Assembly: GCA_977862235.1 (NCBI GenBank)
Contig: OZ374562.1
Location: forward strand, 310,001 to 374,000
DNA from: Dudresnaya verticillata
Lineage: Eukaryota
DNA: 64,000 nt
Direction: 5' to 3'
Positions 42,705-54,100 of this stretch are shown in pieces. Within the stretch, counting starts at the first letter, position 1; each line of letters opens with the position of its first letter. The notes under the pieces were generated by a model, which made no database searches, was not told the DNA's origin, and saw nothing but the letters and a program-made list of their open reading frames with translations. A program made the position numbers and the translations under genes.

Positions 42705-44045
42705 TTATTGACATTTTCTGTGCACGAACGACGATCCGTTTTCATCATATTCGCTCCGTGAAAACCACATCTTCTGAAACTCTGGGAACGTTGCGAGAAT
42801 ACTCCCACCCGTCCATGCACAATATTTTCGTTCATGGCTCCCCGTAGCCGCCAGCACCCGTACCTTATGGTACATCTCCATCAACCCGTAACTGAGTCGT
42901 TCAAACAGCCCTCCCATGTCCGATGTGCCTCCTGTGAGGCAGACACCTGCATACATGTCTCGATGGATCGAAGTGTCGCATAAGCGGATTGCATCAATCA
43001 CCAGCCCGTGAAGCCCATTTGACATCTTAGGTTGATCTCCTCCAGCCGCCTTCATCTTTGCTCCATTGAGGTATTGGTTCACGTATGATGCTCGTGTGTC
43101 AGAGTTGGTCTCGGTCGAAATGTGAGGTAGTGCGCTGAAAATGGTTTGTTCCGGGACCGAAAATCGCTCCTGGCCCATTTCAATGGCGTTTCCGTCCGGG
43201 AGTTCATATGAATCATGCACGATTGGAAGCGATGCGAGCTGTACCGCTGGGTTCTCGTGCACGACGCACAGCGCGGCCTTTACCTCTTCGAGCATACTCA
43301 GGCGTGTGTAGTGCTGAAACGAAGCCGTGGTATTCGGAAACGAAAGCTCCTCGATCTCTGAACGGCGTACCATAGAGTCCTCATCCGTGCCGTCCGTCCC
43401 GGTAATCTTGCGTCTATACGACCATAATGGACGCAGCTTAACACTCTTTCTGACCAGCTCCGCGACCAGGCGCTCGTTCAAAGAGCGGCCCCCAATCGCA
43501 GTACGAATAAATTTGCCCTTCACGATGGCACCATCCTCGACTGGTACAGCGCTGGTTCCGGAATGGCCAACGTCGAGGACAATTCCGGTCGTGCGGCCAT
43601 TCGCGTACGCAGAAAGCACGGCCGATCTTGCAAGGTACAGGGCGGGTACTTCGAACTTCTCAAAGATGAGCTCTGCGATTCTCTCGCGCGCCTTGCGGCC
43701 GTTGTGGTTGGGTTCTGCGAACAGGAGTGCAGTGTCCCTAGTGTTGACGCGGAGCTCCTTTTGGAGGGTGTGTGCGAGCAGGGCTTCGAACATGTCCCAG
43801 TTGTCGACGAGGCCGTCCGGGCCAAATGGAGACGCGAGCTCGACATAGTCCCTGCGTTTGGTTACAACGAAGTGACCCGCGGAGAAGACGCGTTTGTCCG
43901 CCTCGGATGTGTCCGGGGTGTTATGCGACGCGACCAGCGACGGGATGAGCACGCGCGGCAGATCCTCGCCAGAGACGCCGGCCTTCACTGAGTGTGACCC
44001 AGCGTCGACGACGACGCTGGGCACGGTGCCCTCGACCTGGAACAT
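42705..44045 (-). CDS. ARP4: Nuclear actin-related protein, Arp4-like
   Basis: VVVDAGSHSVKAGVSGEDLP, SAVLSAYANGRTTG, YELPDG, WTGGSILATFPEFQKMWFSRSEYDENG..VHRKC. Confidence 0.85.
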   Translation of the reverse strand: MFQVEGTVPSVVVDAGSHSVKAGVSGEDLPRVLIPSLVASHNTPDTSEADKRVFSAGHFVVTKRRDYVELASPFGPDGLVDNWDMFEALLAHTLQKELRVNTRDTALLFAEPNHNGRKARERIAELIFEKFEVPALYLARSAVLSAYANGRTTGIVLDVGHSGTSAVPVEDGAIVKGKFIRTAIGGRSLNERLVAELVRKSVKLRPLWSYRRKITGTDGTDEDSMVRRSEIEELSFPNTTASFQHYTRLSMLEEVKAALCVVHENPAVQLASLPIVHDSYELPDGNAIEMGQERFSVPEQTIFSALPHISTETNSDTRASYVNQYLNGAKMKAAGGDQPKMSNGLHGLVIDAIRLCDTSIHRDMYAGVCLTGGTSDMGGLFERLSYGLMEMYHKVRVLAATGSHERKYCAWTGGSILATFPEFQKMWFSRSEYDENGSSFVHRKCQ

Positions 44046-44497
44046 GTCTGCGGGCGGACGCACGCACGAGATGGAATGGGCGGAGACGGCTGAAGGCGAG
44101 GGCGAGCCTCCCTCACTGGATTTGTTTTCCCGCGCGAGGCACCCGGCGACCCGGCGCAACGTGCGCGCGCGGAAATCAGAGGCAATTTTGCTTGGCCGGC
44201 CGCGAATCACAGCTCCGTTCGATGGGGGCCAGCAGCCAATACCCGCCGCTGATGTCCCTTCATCCGCTGCGCTATCGCAATGAGCGGACGCTTGACCCGT
44301 TGGCTCTGCTTTGGCCTGCAAAGTGCCCGTTTCTGCGCCATCCGACTTCAACGAGGAGGGCGTCTGTCCACAAGCGACAAACGCAGCTGCTGCCGGCGTG
44401 CTTTTCTCCAAGGACAGAAGCAAGTACGGGAGCCCTGTCAGCGTTCTCTGCCTCTGTCGCCGCGACCGCTCCGCCCACCAGCCCTAGCCTCGCAAGG

Positions 44498-45361
44498 ATG
44501 GAGGCCATGGGCATCGTCGCACGTCTGGAAAACCTCAATGCACACGACATGATTGAGGTCCTCTCGACGCACGTGTTCGACCGTGTCTATCCGTCGGACG
44601 GCCCGATGAGTCTGCCGCGCCGCTTCCTCATCACATGGATATTCCTGTACCTAGGCTCTCTCGTTGTATACTTCACCTTTGCCACGCTAGACTACCTGCT
44701 CTACTTCAAAGCACTAGGTCGCCGACTACACCCCGAAAACTATGAGCAGACAACAGAGATGCGCCGCGAGATTTCCATGAGTGTCAAGTCCCTCGTCTTG
44801 ATGGCTGGCCTGTCCACGCCCGCGGAGGTCGCAGTGCAGCTCGGCTATGGCAAGGTATACACCGACGCGTCGCAGTATGGATACACGTACCTTCTACTTT
44901 CGCCATTGCTCTTCCTCGCGTTCAGCGACTGCATCATCTACTTCATCCACCGCGGCCTGCACCACCGCCTCCTATACAAGCACATCCACAAACCTCATCA
45001 CTCCTTCATCAACACTACTCCGTATGCTGCCTTCGCCTTTCACCCGCTCGATGGATATCTGCAGGGCACCAGCTACCAGATTTTTGTCTTTTTGTTCCCG
45101 TTTCATGCCGCAGTGCATCTAATATCGCTCGTGTGTGTATCTATGTGGACCATCAACATTCATGACCGGGTCACCTGGGGCATTCCCGGTATCAACGGTG
45201 CCGCTCACCATACGATCCACCATACCACCTTCAAGTCAAACTATGGCCAGTACACTACCTTATGGGACAAGCTGTGCGGGACTTTTCGCGACCCGCGGTT
45301 ATGGCACAAGGCTGGAGCACCTGTCATGTCAGAAAAGGAGGTGTACGGAAAGTATTCATAA
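44498..45361 (+). CDS. ERG3: Sterol C-5 desaturase (lathosterol oxidase)
   Basis: His boxes HRGLH, HKPHH, HHTIHH; FHPLDG; NYGQYTTLWDKLCGT. Confidence 0.93.
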   Translation: MEAMGIVARLENLNAHDMIEVLSTHVFDRVYPSDGPMSLPRRFLITWIFLYLGSLVVYFTFATLDYLLYFKALGRRLHPENYEQTTEMRREISMSVKSLVLMAGLSTPAEVAVQLGYGKVYTDASQYGYTYLLLSPLLFLAFSDCIIYFIHRGLHHRLLYKHIHKPHHSFINTTPYAAFAFHPLDGYLQGTSYQIFVFLFPFHAAVHLISLVCVSMWTINIHDRVTWGIPGINGAAHHTIHHTTFKSNYGQYTTLWDKLCGTFRDPRLWHKAGAPVMSEKEVYGKYS

Positions 45362-45553
45362 CATGTGGGGCATTTCTTGTGACGTTTCAATGTTCGGAAA
45401 CATGCTCCGCATGGTGTCTTCTCAGACAGGCGTAAGGGCTTCGTCTTCGTCCCTCGACGACTTCCAAAATTTTGTGTTTGTTTAGCTAGTTTGCAGTTAG
45501 AACGTGCTGAGAATATTATGCCTGTTGCCGTGTGGATCAAAAAGTGCTATGTT

Positions 45554-46855
45554 CTAGTCTGCAATGTCTCGGTGGGACTGTGATGATGGCCCGAGTGCCG
45601 TATGCATCGCGTGAAATGAAGTGAACGTACAGAGCACCTCTCGGCGATGCTTACTCTCCGGTCTGTATGGATTGATGCGGGAGTCCGTTATCGCCCGCAC
45701 AACGTTGGCCTCCACATAGCGCTTGACTAGCCGCCACGCTGACCCGCCCCTGTGCTCGAACGCAAGCAACTTTTGGGCTAGACAATACCTCTCCTCCTCC
45801 AGATCGCAGACGTCTACTGGCTCTGCCCCAATCTTCACCCGCAGATACTCTGAAAAAGAATATGCATTGCACGCATCAGCCAGCGCAATAACAACGATAT
45901 CCAGTGGAGCACCTGCCTGCTCCAGCCAGTCCACGGCAGCTACTGCGCTCTTCGTTATGAGCGCGATATCCATCAGACACGCGTTCGATATCAAAAGTGG
46001 TAAACGCTCCATGTTGGCCTCCTTCTGCGTCTTGTCAAACTTGTCTTCAATGTGCAATTTGCGGTAATGTCGGTCTAGAGAGTAGTTAACCTCGACTTCC
46101 GGAAACCGTCGGTGGAACACCATCTTGCGCCCCATCGCAATTGCATACGCCTCCACACCACCCTCCAACAACACCTCCCGTGATGGCCCAGCCCTCTTGC
46201 CCTTACCAGTCACCGCGCTAACACTCCCCATCTCCCTGGCACGTGCCAGTTCCCGCACACGGTTGTCGTCATGCAGCACACTCTCGGGATCAGTCTCATA
46301 CCCAAGACTCCTGAGCACATCAACACAAACGCGTAGCGCAGGACTCGGCCGCCGAGCACTAACAACATAGACAGCGGGGTACAGCACCAATGGCCCACCA
46401 TTGTAGCAAAGCCACGCCACAACGGAGAGCACTCGCGCATTAAGCGATGCGTCCTTCCTTGCCGAGCCGGCCACAATGCCGTTAAAGACATCCGGCACCT
46501 CCGCAGACCCCGCACGGATCCATCTAAGCAGCTTTTCAGCGGCGCTGAGGTCAGCTCCGCCGGCACGGTGCAGGCCGGTGGCCCGCTCGACAGCCTCGAG
46601 GATATCTGCGCGCGACACGGGAAGGAGCGGGTCTGGGCGGCGGCCGGAGGCGGGCGTCGGGAAGTATGCGTACGGGATGTTGAAGGCGGCGGCAGAGACG
46701 GCGGCGCTGCGCACGCGCGGGGCGCGCGCCGATGCCGCGCGCGGCGCGGACGCGGACGCGCCCGTCGACGAGTCGGCCGTCTTCAGGCGCGTCAGACCGG
46801 AGAGCAGGGCATCTTCTGCCACCGGCGCGCGGCTGCGCGGGTCTGGGCGGCTCAT
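45554..46855 (-). CDS. Hypothetical protein (433 aa)
   Basis: Long ORF with ATG in a GC-rich 5' context and globular composition; no family recognised. Confidence 0.75.
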   Translation of the reverse strand: MSRPDPRSRAPVAEDALLSGLTRLKTADSSTGASASAPRAASARAPRVRSAAVSAAAFNIPYAYFPTPASGRRPDPLLPVSRADILEAVERATGLHRAGGADLSAAEKLLRWIRAGSAEVPDVFNGIVAGSARKDASLNARVLSVVAWLCYNGGPLVLYPAVYVVSARRPSPALRVCVDVLRSLGYETDPESVLHDDNRVRELARAREMGSVSAVTGKGKRAGPSREVLLEGGVEAYAIAMGRKMVFHRRFPEVEVNYSLDRHYRKLHIEDKFDKTQKEANMERLPLLISNACLMDIALITKSAVAAVDWLEQAGAPLDIVVIALADACNAYSFSEYLRVKIGAEPVDVCDLEEERYCLAQKLLAFEHRGGSAWRLVKRYVEANVVRAITDSRINPYRPESKHRREVLCTFTSFHAMHTALGPSSQSHRDIAD

Positions 46856-47629
46856 GGCGGCGATCGCGGGTAGCGGGGTTGGTCGGTGGCGAGTCGGGTG
46901 GCGGGGCTGGCGAGATAGAGTTACGTGGAGTAGCTGAGGCTGTCCGTAGCAGTAAATTCATGCCAGAGGCGGTGCAGAGTTGGATGACATATGGGGCCCG
47001 TCCCACGCGGTGTCCCAGACGCGTCTGCTCATTTTTTCACTGTATGTCCATCGCGGAGCGCACTGTGCATCATGACTGGCACTGGAACTGTTATCGCTCC
47101 TGTATCTCCGCCTCCGCATCCCTCTGAGGCTCTTGTTTATTGACACCGTACAAGTACTGTAGCTGCTGTTCCTCTCGAGAAAGCCATTTCGCACGCGCAC
47201 CTTCGTCTGCATTCCGCCGATACCAACGTCGCCGTCTCGCAGTAATGCCATTCAGTGTTGCAGTCCATCACCGATCTCGAGAAGACAACATGTTGGGTCA
47301 CGTTCCAGAGCCGGGCTCTTGTCGTCTCTTTCGTTGTGAACACGCAACATATGCACGCCCTATGCTTGCGCCTATACTAGACTGTGTAGATGTCGGTTTT
47401 CCAGAAGCTCTACACCTGTAGCAGTAGACGTGCCATAGCACGCAAGCGCCAGACTAAAATCGCCAATATAGCCATTTAGCCCGAACCCTTGCTCAACGCA
47501 GCACCCGACGAGTACTTTCCCTCTCCTGCCCTAAGGTCATCTTCGCATCCAAACGTGTTTCCTCCCCCTCTCTCGATCGATTCACGTGGTAGCCTCAATC
47601 GCTTCTACAACATGCTCCTGCGTCACGGG

Positions 47630-48181
47630 TCAAGACAACCGCTCGCACTTCCAGAGCCCATCCGACACGTAGTGCGCACTCTCCACCGCAATGCCCTTGT
47701 CGTTCAGCCGCATCTGCGCCGTCGACATCTTGGTAATACCAATCGCAATCGCATGTTCCTTCGACTCTGCAAAAATAGCCACCACCTTGTTATTCTCCAC
47801 CTCATTCTCAATGACTGCTCTGGTAGACTTGAGCCCTGGCACCATGATATCTGCGCCATTGATGACATGCTTTATAGCCCCACGGTCCACCCTCAGGATC
47901 GGCAGCAGAAACGGGTACTTGTGCAACGTCCGCAACGTCGGCATGAACGTACCCTCGCGTGTTTGAATAAACAGCGGCCTGCCACTCGCACTGGCCAGGA
48001 TTGAAACGTGCCCCGCGCACTTGACCATTACCGTTTTCTCCTTCTTCGGGAAGAAGTCGTCGATGTACGGCTCTATCGACGGCATCTGGTTGATAATCTT
48101 CGCGCGCGCCGCGCGCTGCTGTGATGACTTCATCGCAGACTGACTGGATACCGTCTCCTCGACTGAGAACCGCTTGAACAT
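47630..48181 (-). CDS. TMA20: MCT-1/Tma20 PUA-domain translation re-initiation factor
   Basis: MFKRFS..KSS.QR..PTLRTLHKYP..VDRGAIKHVINGADIMVPGL..KGIAVE..HYVSDGLW. Confidence 0.95.
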   Translation of the reverse strand: MFKRFSVEETVSSQSAMKSSQQRAARAKIINQMPSIEPYIDDFFPKKEKTVMVKCAGHVSILASASGRPLFIQTREGTFMPTLRTLHKYPFLLPILRVDRGAIKHVINGADIMVPGLKSTRAVIENEVENNKVVAIFAESKEHAIAIGITKMSTAQMRLNDKGIAVESAHYVSDGLWKCERLS

Positions 48182-51100
48182 CTTGATGCTAGGATCTGTG
48201 CAGGATGTAGGGCACGCAGAATAAAGTCGGAAGCTTGCGCTCTTGTGCAGCTCAGTGGACCTCTTGGGCGACTGCTCAGCAACACCTTCGTTCGATGTAT
48301 GCCTGCGAAACAACTCGAAAGCTCCCTGTCACGACTTCTCGATAACGATCCGGACCAGGGCGGCAGGCCAAGATTGCGTTCACAGACGTGGTTTCCTTCG
48401 CAGACGCGGTGACGGTTGCGAGCAGCCAATCCTTGCTCACCGCAGTCCCGTTGAGGAATCCCTGGACAAATTGGCAGTGGCATCTCTAGACATTACAAAT
48501 TACTTTCTGGATACACAAATTAACAAATTATTTCCAGCGATCATGTCAACACAGACAGAATCGATGTCACTCGTGATGCCCTCTGCGACGGATGACTTCT
48601 GGTCTCTTCACCGGCTTGAGTTCGCTGAGCACGGAAGACGTGTCTCCATTCCACTCCTAACGGGTATAAAGCGTCTTTAGAGAGTAGCATATGCCCTTTC
48701 TTTTCTGTCAAGTCGTACAAAACCCACACGCGAGTGTCAACAGGCCTTCCTCGCAACACGGTGTTCAAACAAAACCAAGCAGGCTGTAAAGCCAGTTGTT
48801 TCATTTAAGGACTAGGGCAGCATTAAGTCAATCTCAAGCCTAATACCGGATTATTGGAAGAATGGCCTTGTTTACGCGTAAGAGAAACATGCGAAGCCCT
48901 GTCATGAACGTCCCATTTTGGACGGAAGCGTTTTTCATCACCGTCATCAAGGCGTCAAGGACCACACAAATTGGATTACAGAACAGTACCTGGGCTATTT
49001 GCTTGCGTTCCATTTCTTTGATTCGGGTCTTGAAGCTAAAAAACCTGGTCCTGGCAGGGATTCTATGAAACAAACTATAAGCCTATTCCGAATAGTTTTC
49101 CCGCTGTACCAAGGACACGACCTCAACAGATCGCCACTCTTTGAATAGTTTTTGATACCCTTTAAAGACTGTTCCACAATCTGATGATGGAAATCCATGC
49201 CTATTGGAACCCTTCGTTGAACAAAGTCAACATGCAGTAAATCTTGTGACCTGGACTTTTTGCGTGTTCAACGCCTAGAAACACACTTGAGCCAGTCATC
49301 ATGAATCTAACCGCAGACAACCTGTTTTGAAGCACCTAAAACTCCCTACTTGTACCCAACAAATAGGAAAAAAAATTTCCTGTACCTATCAGCTTGACTC
49401 GCTTCGCTCAATCGAGAGAATCAAATACTGTTTCCGTGCCTGGTAGAAACCCAACTGCCAGGTACTCAAGAGAGAACGCCTCCAAGAGTGACACTACTGA
49501 TCTGGTTTGGAGCGATGTACGCCTTCCACATCATGCATATCTCTTACTGACTGTTAAAGCTTGGAACTCAGCGCGTTTACGTATAAAAACGGGAAAGTGC
49601 AAATTGGATTCGTTTCGTCTTCATACAAGCGTGTTAAGGGAGAACTTTTGACGGAAAGCATTTGATCACCGTTCTGGGCCCTCAAGATTAGACACTTGCG
49701 AATTGAAGTCCGTTCCATTGCGTACACATATTGTCTTTTTTCAGAATGTAAAGTCAAGTTGTGGTGTCTAGGCTTTCCACTGTTTCTAAACAAATTCAGC
49801 GTTGTGGCATTTGGACACTTTGAAAAGGTGCTACGCTCTATCGAGGGCTTTTCCCCTGGAATAGCGTGAGAGCAGATTTTCAGCGGGAATGACTGCAACA
49901 GAATCGCTGCTGGGATTTTTCGAAGGCAATATGATGCAACGGGAGAGTTGTCGAGAGATACACTGTTTTGGAAAGCGAGTTTGGCTGAAAAGCGTTTCAG
50001 AATGTTTTCTGATGAGCACTTGTATGAGACATTTTTTCTAAGGTTTAAACCGACATTTGACACACAGACGGACGAAGAAAGTATTTTTATTGTCCATGCT
50101 GCAAGGTGATCGCAAGCAAGCAGATGATCCTCTCTTTGACCAGAGATCTCGCTAGGGTTAATCAATACGTTGCGAAAGTGAAAAGCGGAGTAGAGTGAAC
50201 TCTCGCGAACAGGTGGGAATGGGACTTCTGGGAATCGATGAGCATGACGAGAAGATCTTGAGGGAAATCCGCGTGGAACAAAAATGGCGGTTCAGACGGA
50301 CGCGTCAATGCTAATGATCACTGTGTCAAACGGCTGAGTGCGAATGATAGTAGGGATCTGATTGGAGCGGAGTAACGAAGAAGCACAAGACATTGAGAAG
50401 GAAGCAAGCAGAGAGTGTGTGGCTCGAGGAATTATAGACGAACAACAAACTAGGTGAAGACAGGACCTAGGGTTTCAGATTGGTCACAACTAAGCATGCG
50501 GTGATGCGGGATTTGCATTAGCATAAGAGCTAAACGGGGGCGATTTGGACACTACAAGACGGATATTGGGGAAGCAAAGCTGGAATTCCCGGTTGCCAAG
50601 GCGGGCGATGATCTCATGAACATAAATTGGGCAAGGATGGTTTTTGTGGATCCAGTGGCGTGATGTGAGAAGCGAGATGCTTGGTAGTAAATGTGGGGAG
50701 ACATGCAATGTTCAACGCGGCACAAAAGTTGCAAGACGGGTGGTGATGAAAACTGTAAATAGGAATTGGAGGCTTTGCTGGGGCCATACTTGGGATGGCT
50801 TGTGTGGCAATGTAGGCGATGCAGAAGCGGCAAACGGTGGAGTTGAACGGGGGCATCTAGTTAATACCTGTATATTCAGTATTACGGAGCGAATGGTGTC
50901 AAAGGCGCGGCGGCATGGCATCGGACGGGAGCGCACATGATGTGGGCAAACAGGCCTCGTCAGCGCATAGGCGTCAGTCAGAACCGGCGGCGCTAGAGTC
51001 GACTAGTACTGTAGCGCACAAGCGGGCGCGGTGCATGTCGGGTGCAGCGAGCGCAGCGCGCGCGCCAGCAGGCGCGGTACGGACCGAGTCAGGCGAAGCG

Positions 51101-54100
51101 GCGCGGCGGCGCATCTATGACACAAATCAAAGGTCTGCACGCAGCGCGAGCGCTGTCATACGCCGATAAGACACGGACGTGTCCGGCAAAAGGCGGCGCG
51201 CGCATTCGCGACTTGACAGTGCCGTCTCGCAAGACGCCGCACGGCTGATACGGCCGGGCCAAGCGCCGCCGCGCCGCGCCGCGCTGCGTACAGACCAATT
51301 TCGTCGCCTGGCTGCGCGTGCTGATTGGGCTGCGCGCGCCGAAAAATGCGCGACGGGCGCGCTTTGATTTGCGCGATGTCGCCGCATATCAACTGCACAG
51401 CCCGGCGGTCGGCGCGCACGAGTTTTCGCCGACCTCATACACGTTCTTCTCTCTTCACCGCGGCGCCGCCGTTTCAATGAGGGGCACGAAATCCCCGCTT
51501 GCACATGGGCCTGACGCCTCATCATCTGCCGCCTTTCACCGCTTCGCGCGCCCGGCAGCAAGCCTCCGCCCCGCATATGTGCCCGGCGACGTGCAATCAT
51601 CTTGAGACACGTTCGAATCTGCATTCGCGGCACATGTTTGTGTTGCGCGGCTTGGCTGCCACCAGCGGACCGGTCCCCTTCTCCTTCCACGCAGCCGTTG
51701 TCGCCAAAAAGTCAGTTTTCGGGCACCGTATGAGACAGGACCGGAAGGTCTCTCCCTCCCTCTGTCCTTTTGCCGAACACCGGTGCACATCCCACCGCGT
51801 CTTTTCTCTCCACAAGAACAAATTCCTTCATTACGGCTTACGGATTACGGCTGCGTGCTGCAATGGATAGCCGTTTTGGGAACAAACCGCAAGCAAAAAG
51901 TAGCTGCTCTGATCGCGGTCCTAGTTCCAACAAAAGCAATACGTACTGTATGTCTGCAGCTTCCATATCGCACATGGGCAGTGCGCCTCCCGTTGTCACC
52001 GTTTTCCGCCTTCCTGCGTTGCCCCTGTGATTCAGCCAACCGGCCGTTCCGGCCTGCAAATAAGGCCAACGGGCGATAGGGCAGTACCGAAAGGAGGAAC
52101 AGCGCACTCTGAGTACAGACCCTTTGGCCCCTATCTTGGAAGACGCGCAACTGACTGCCTTGCCGAGGCACGCTCCGTTCTGATTTGCTGCCGCTACGCA
52201 ACAGTATAGTGCCCCGCGAAGGTTGCGCTGTGCCCGTGCCTAATACGCTGCCTGTGTACAGTAGTCGGCCCGAATAAAGACAAAAAACGTACGACACAAC
52301 ACTACACCACCCTACTGCAACACAGCACATTTATTCTCTTGACAAGGTGTGAATCAAACCGCTTCCACAGGCTGCGTCGACTTCGCTTCTGTCTGGAAAA
52401 CACAAAAAACGTACCTTGCCGTCTGTTAATAGACAAACTGACACAAACAGACTCCACTCCACGTCTTTCGGGAATCGCTACCCTGGCTGCTGTTGCTACA
52501 CTACGACTATTGTTCACACTGCGACCACTAAGCATCCGCAAGCGCGAACACCATCCCCTTACCCTTGCTGCTCTCATTCGTGAATCAAAACATACGGCCC
52601 AAAACCGCTTCAAAATGCAACATTCATGACGTCGTGCAGCATGCGGCTGTGCGGGGACCACGAGGAAAACGCTGATGACAACCTGTATATTTAAATATAG
52701 AACATATTCCGTCCGGGTACCACCATGCTGATTCAGTCCTGATCTCAACTCGCTGCCCTCTAATGGATGGTGTTGAAACACTGAATCGCTGGCTATGCAA
52801 GCGCCTCGTCTGTGGTGGAAGCGATTAGTATAATAAGAATCGCTTGCAGAGCGAGAGAACAAAATGAGCTCGCAAAGCCTGCTCGTTCGCACTGCAGATG
52901 CAAGCTGCGTGTAAACGGCCGGGTAAGCCCAGCCATGCTCGGCCAACCTGCGCTTCTACAGCTTCGCTGGACGGGGGCGACAGGGGGGTCCATCAAAAGA
53001 TACTGTTGCGCTAAATCTTGTGATTCCCGAACGACAGCCTCAGATCTCGAGGCCGTTGGCTTGCAATTAGGGTACAATGCAATGAAACTGGCTTGTCACC
53101 ATCAGCGAGCGAACTCATTCTCGGACCACAACCCCTTGCAGGGTTCTTGAGTGCTTGCAATGCGTTCTGTTGGGGACTCGTTCTTGCGTGACATTGGCAC
53201 GCGCCGCCCCATGAGTGTCCGAGCGCAAAGTGCTGCAACACAACACCCACTGTGCGAAGAACGCATGGCACACAGAACAAACATTGCGCCAAGTCGGGAC
53301 GCCGGCTGCGGAAAACACACGGGCAGCCAGAACGCCAGCACAACACGCACTGCGGGCGAGCAGAGGCCATTCCACAGGGCTCGGTGCAGGTGCGGGATAC
53401 AGTTCGGTACACTTCAGAGGTACGGGGTCGTACACTTTGCGTCATGTTGCGATCCATCCAACGTTGCGTTGAGTGTGCTCGTTGTACGGCGGCGGGTCGA
53501 GCAGCGGGAGCTCAAGGGCTACGAGCGCGGTGGATACGGCGCGGCGTTGCGCACGACTGTTGCAGCATCGCAACCCGCGACGCGGACAGCGCACAACGTG
53601 GGAGCGCTGACTCCGGCTGAGCTGCGGGCGGCGGATAGGAAGGCATGCCCGTTTTGGCCCGGCCAGAGCGCGCAACTGTCGCTATTTGGATCCCATTTGC
53701 TTTGTACAGTTGCCGTCTTACAGTAAGGCTTCTGTACAGCGCCGTGCTACTGCACCGAGTAAGGACGCTATTGTTGTGCACAACACGCTGCGCCATGTTT
53801 GTCGCCGCTAGATATGGCGTTTGGCTGAGTACCTCCTCTGCCCACACATTCGCAAGCTACACCTGCAACAGTACGATAGCCTCGGCGGCGACAAGGGTCA
53901 GAGTCATGTAGCCTTGTAGGCACCGACCGTCGCGACTCGTATGAATGGACTTACTTGGCATTCAAGACACCAGTCGATAAGGCCCCAAGTTTGAAGAACA
54001 CACAGCTGTGGTGGGACAAGCGGTGAGGTCTTGATATGTGCGGGCATTGTGTGTCACTTCGCTGTGGCAGCCGTGGTCAGCAAGGGTTTCGGGAACTTGC

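Noticed and set aside
18997..44045. Ies6 plus Arp4 (INO80), or OSBP plus ERG3 (sterol), as functional clusters
   Set aside because: Each pair is separated by 20 kb or more of unrelated genes; chance co-occurrence is sufficient.
48995..49260. LLHVDFV motif suggesting a retroelement integrase
   Set aside because: No further integrase or RT motifs and no LTRs seen.
49554..50165. 203-aa minus-strand ORF
   Set aside because: Non-ATG start, no recognisable domain, unconvincing composition.
53945..53962. ACTTACTTGGCA resembling the U1 snRNA 5' end
   Set aside because: No downstream U1 stem-loops or Sm site; better explained as a minus-strand splice donor or chance.
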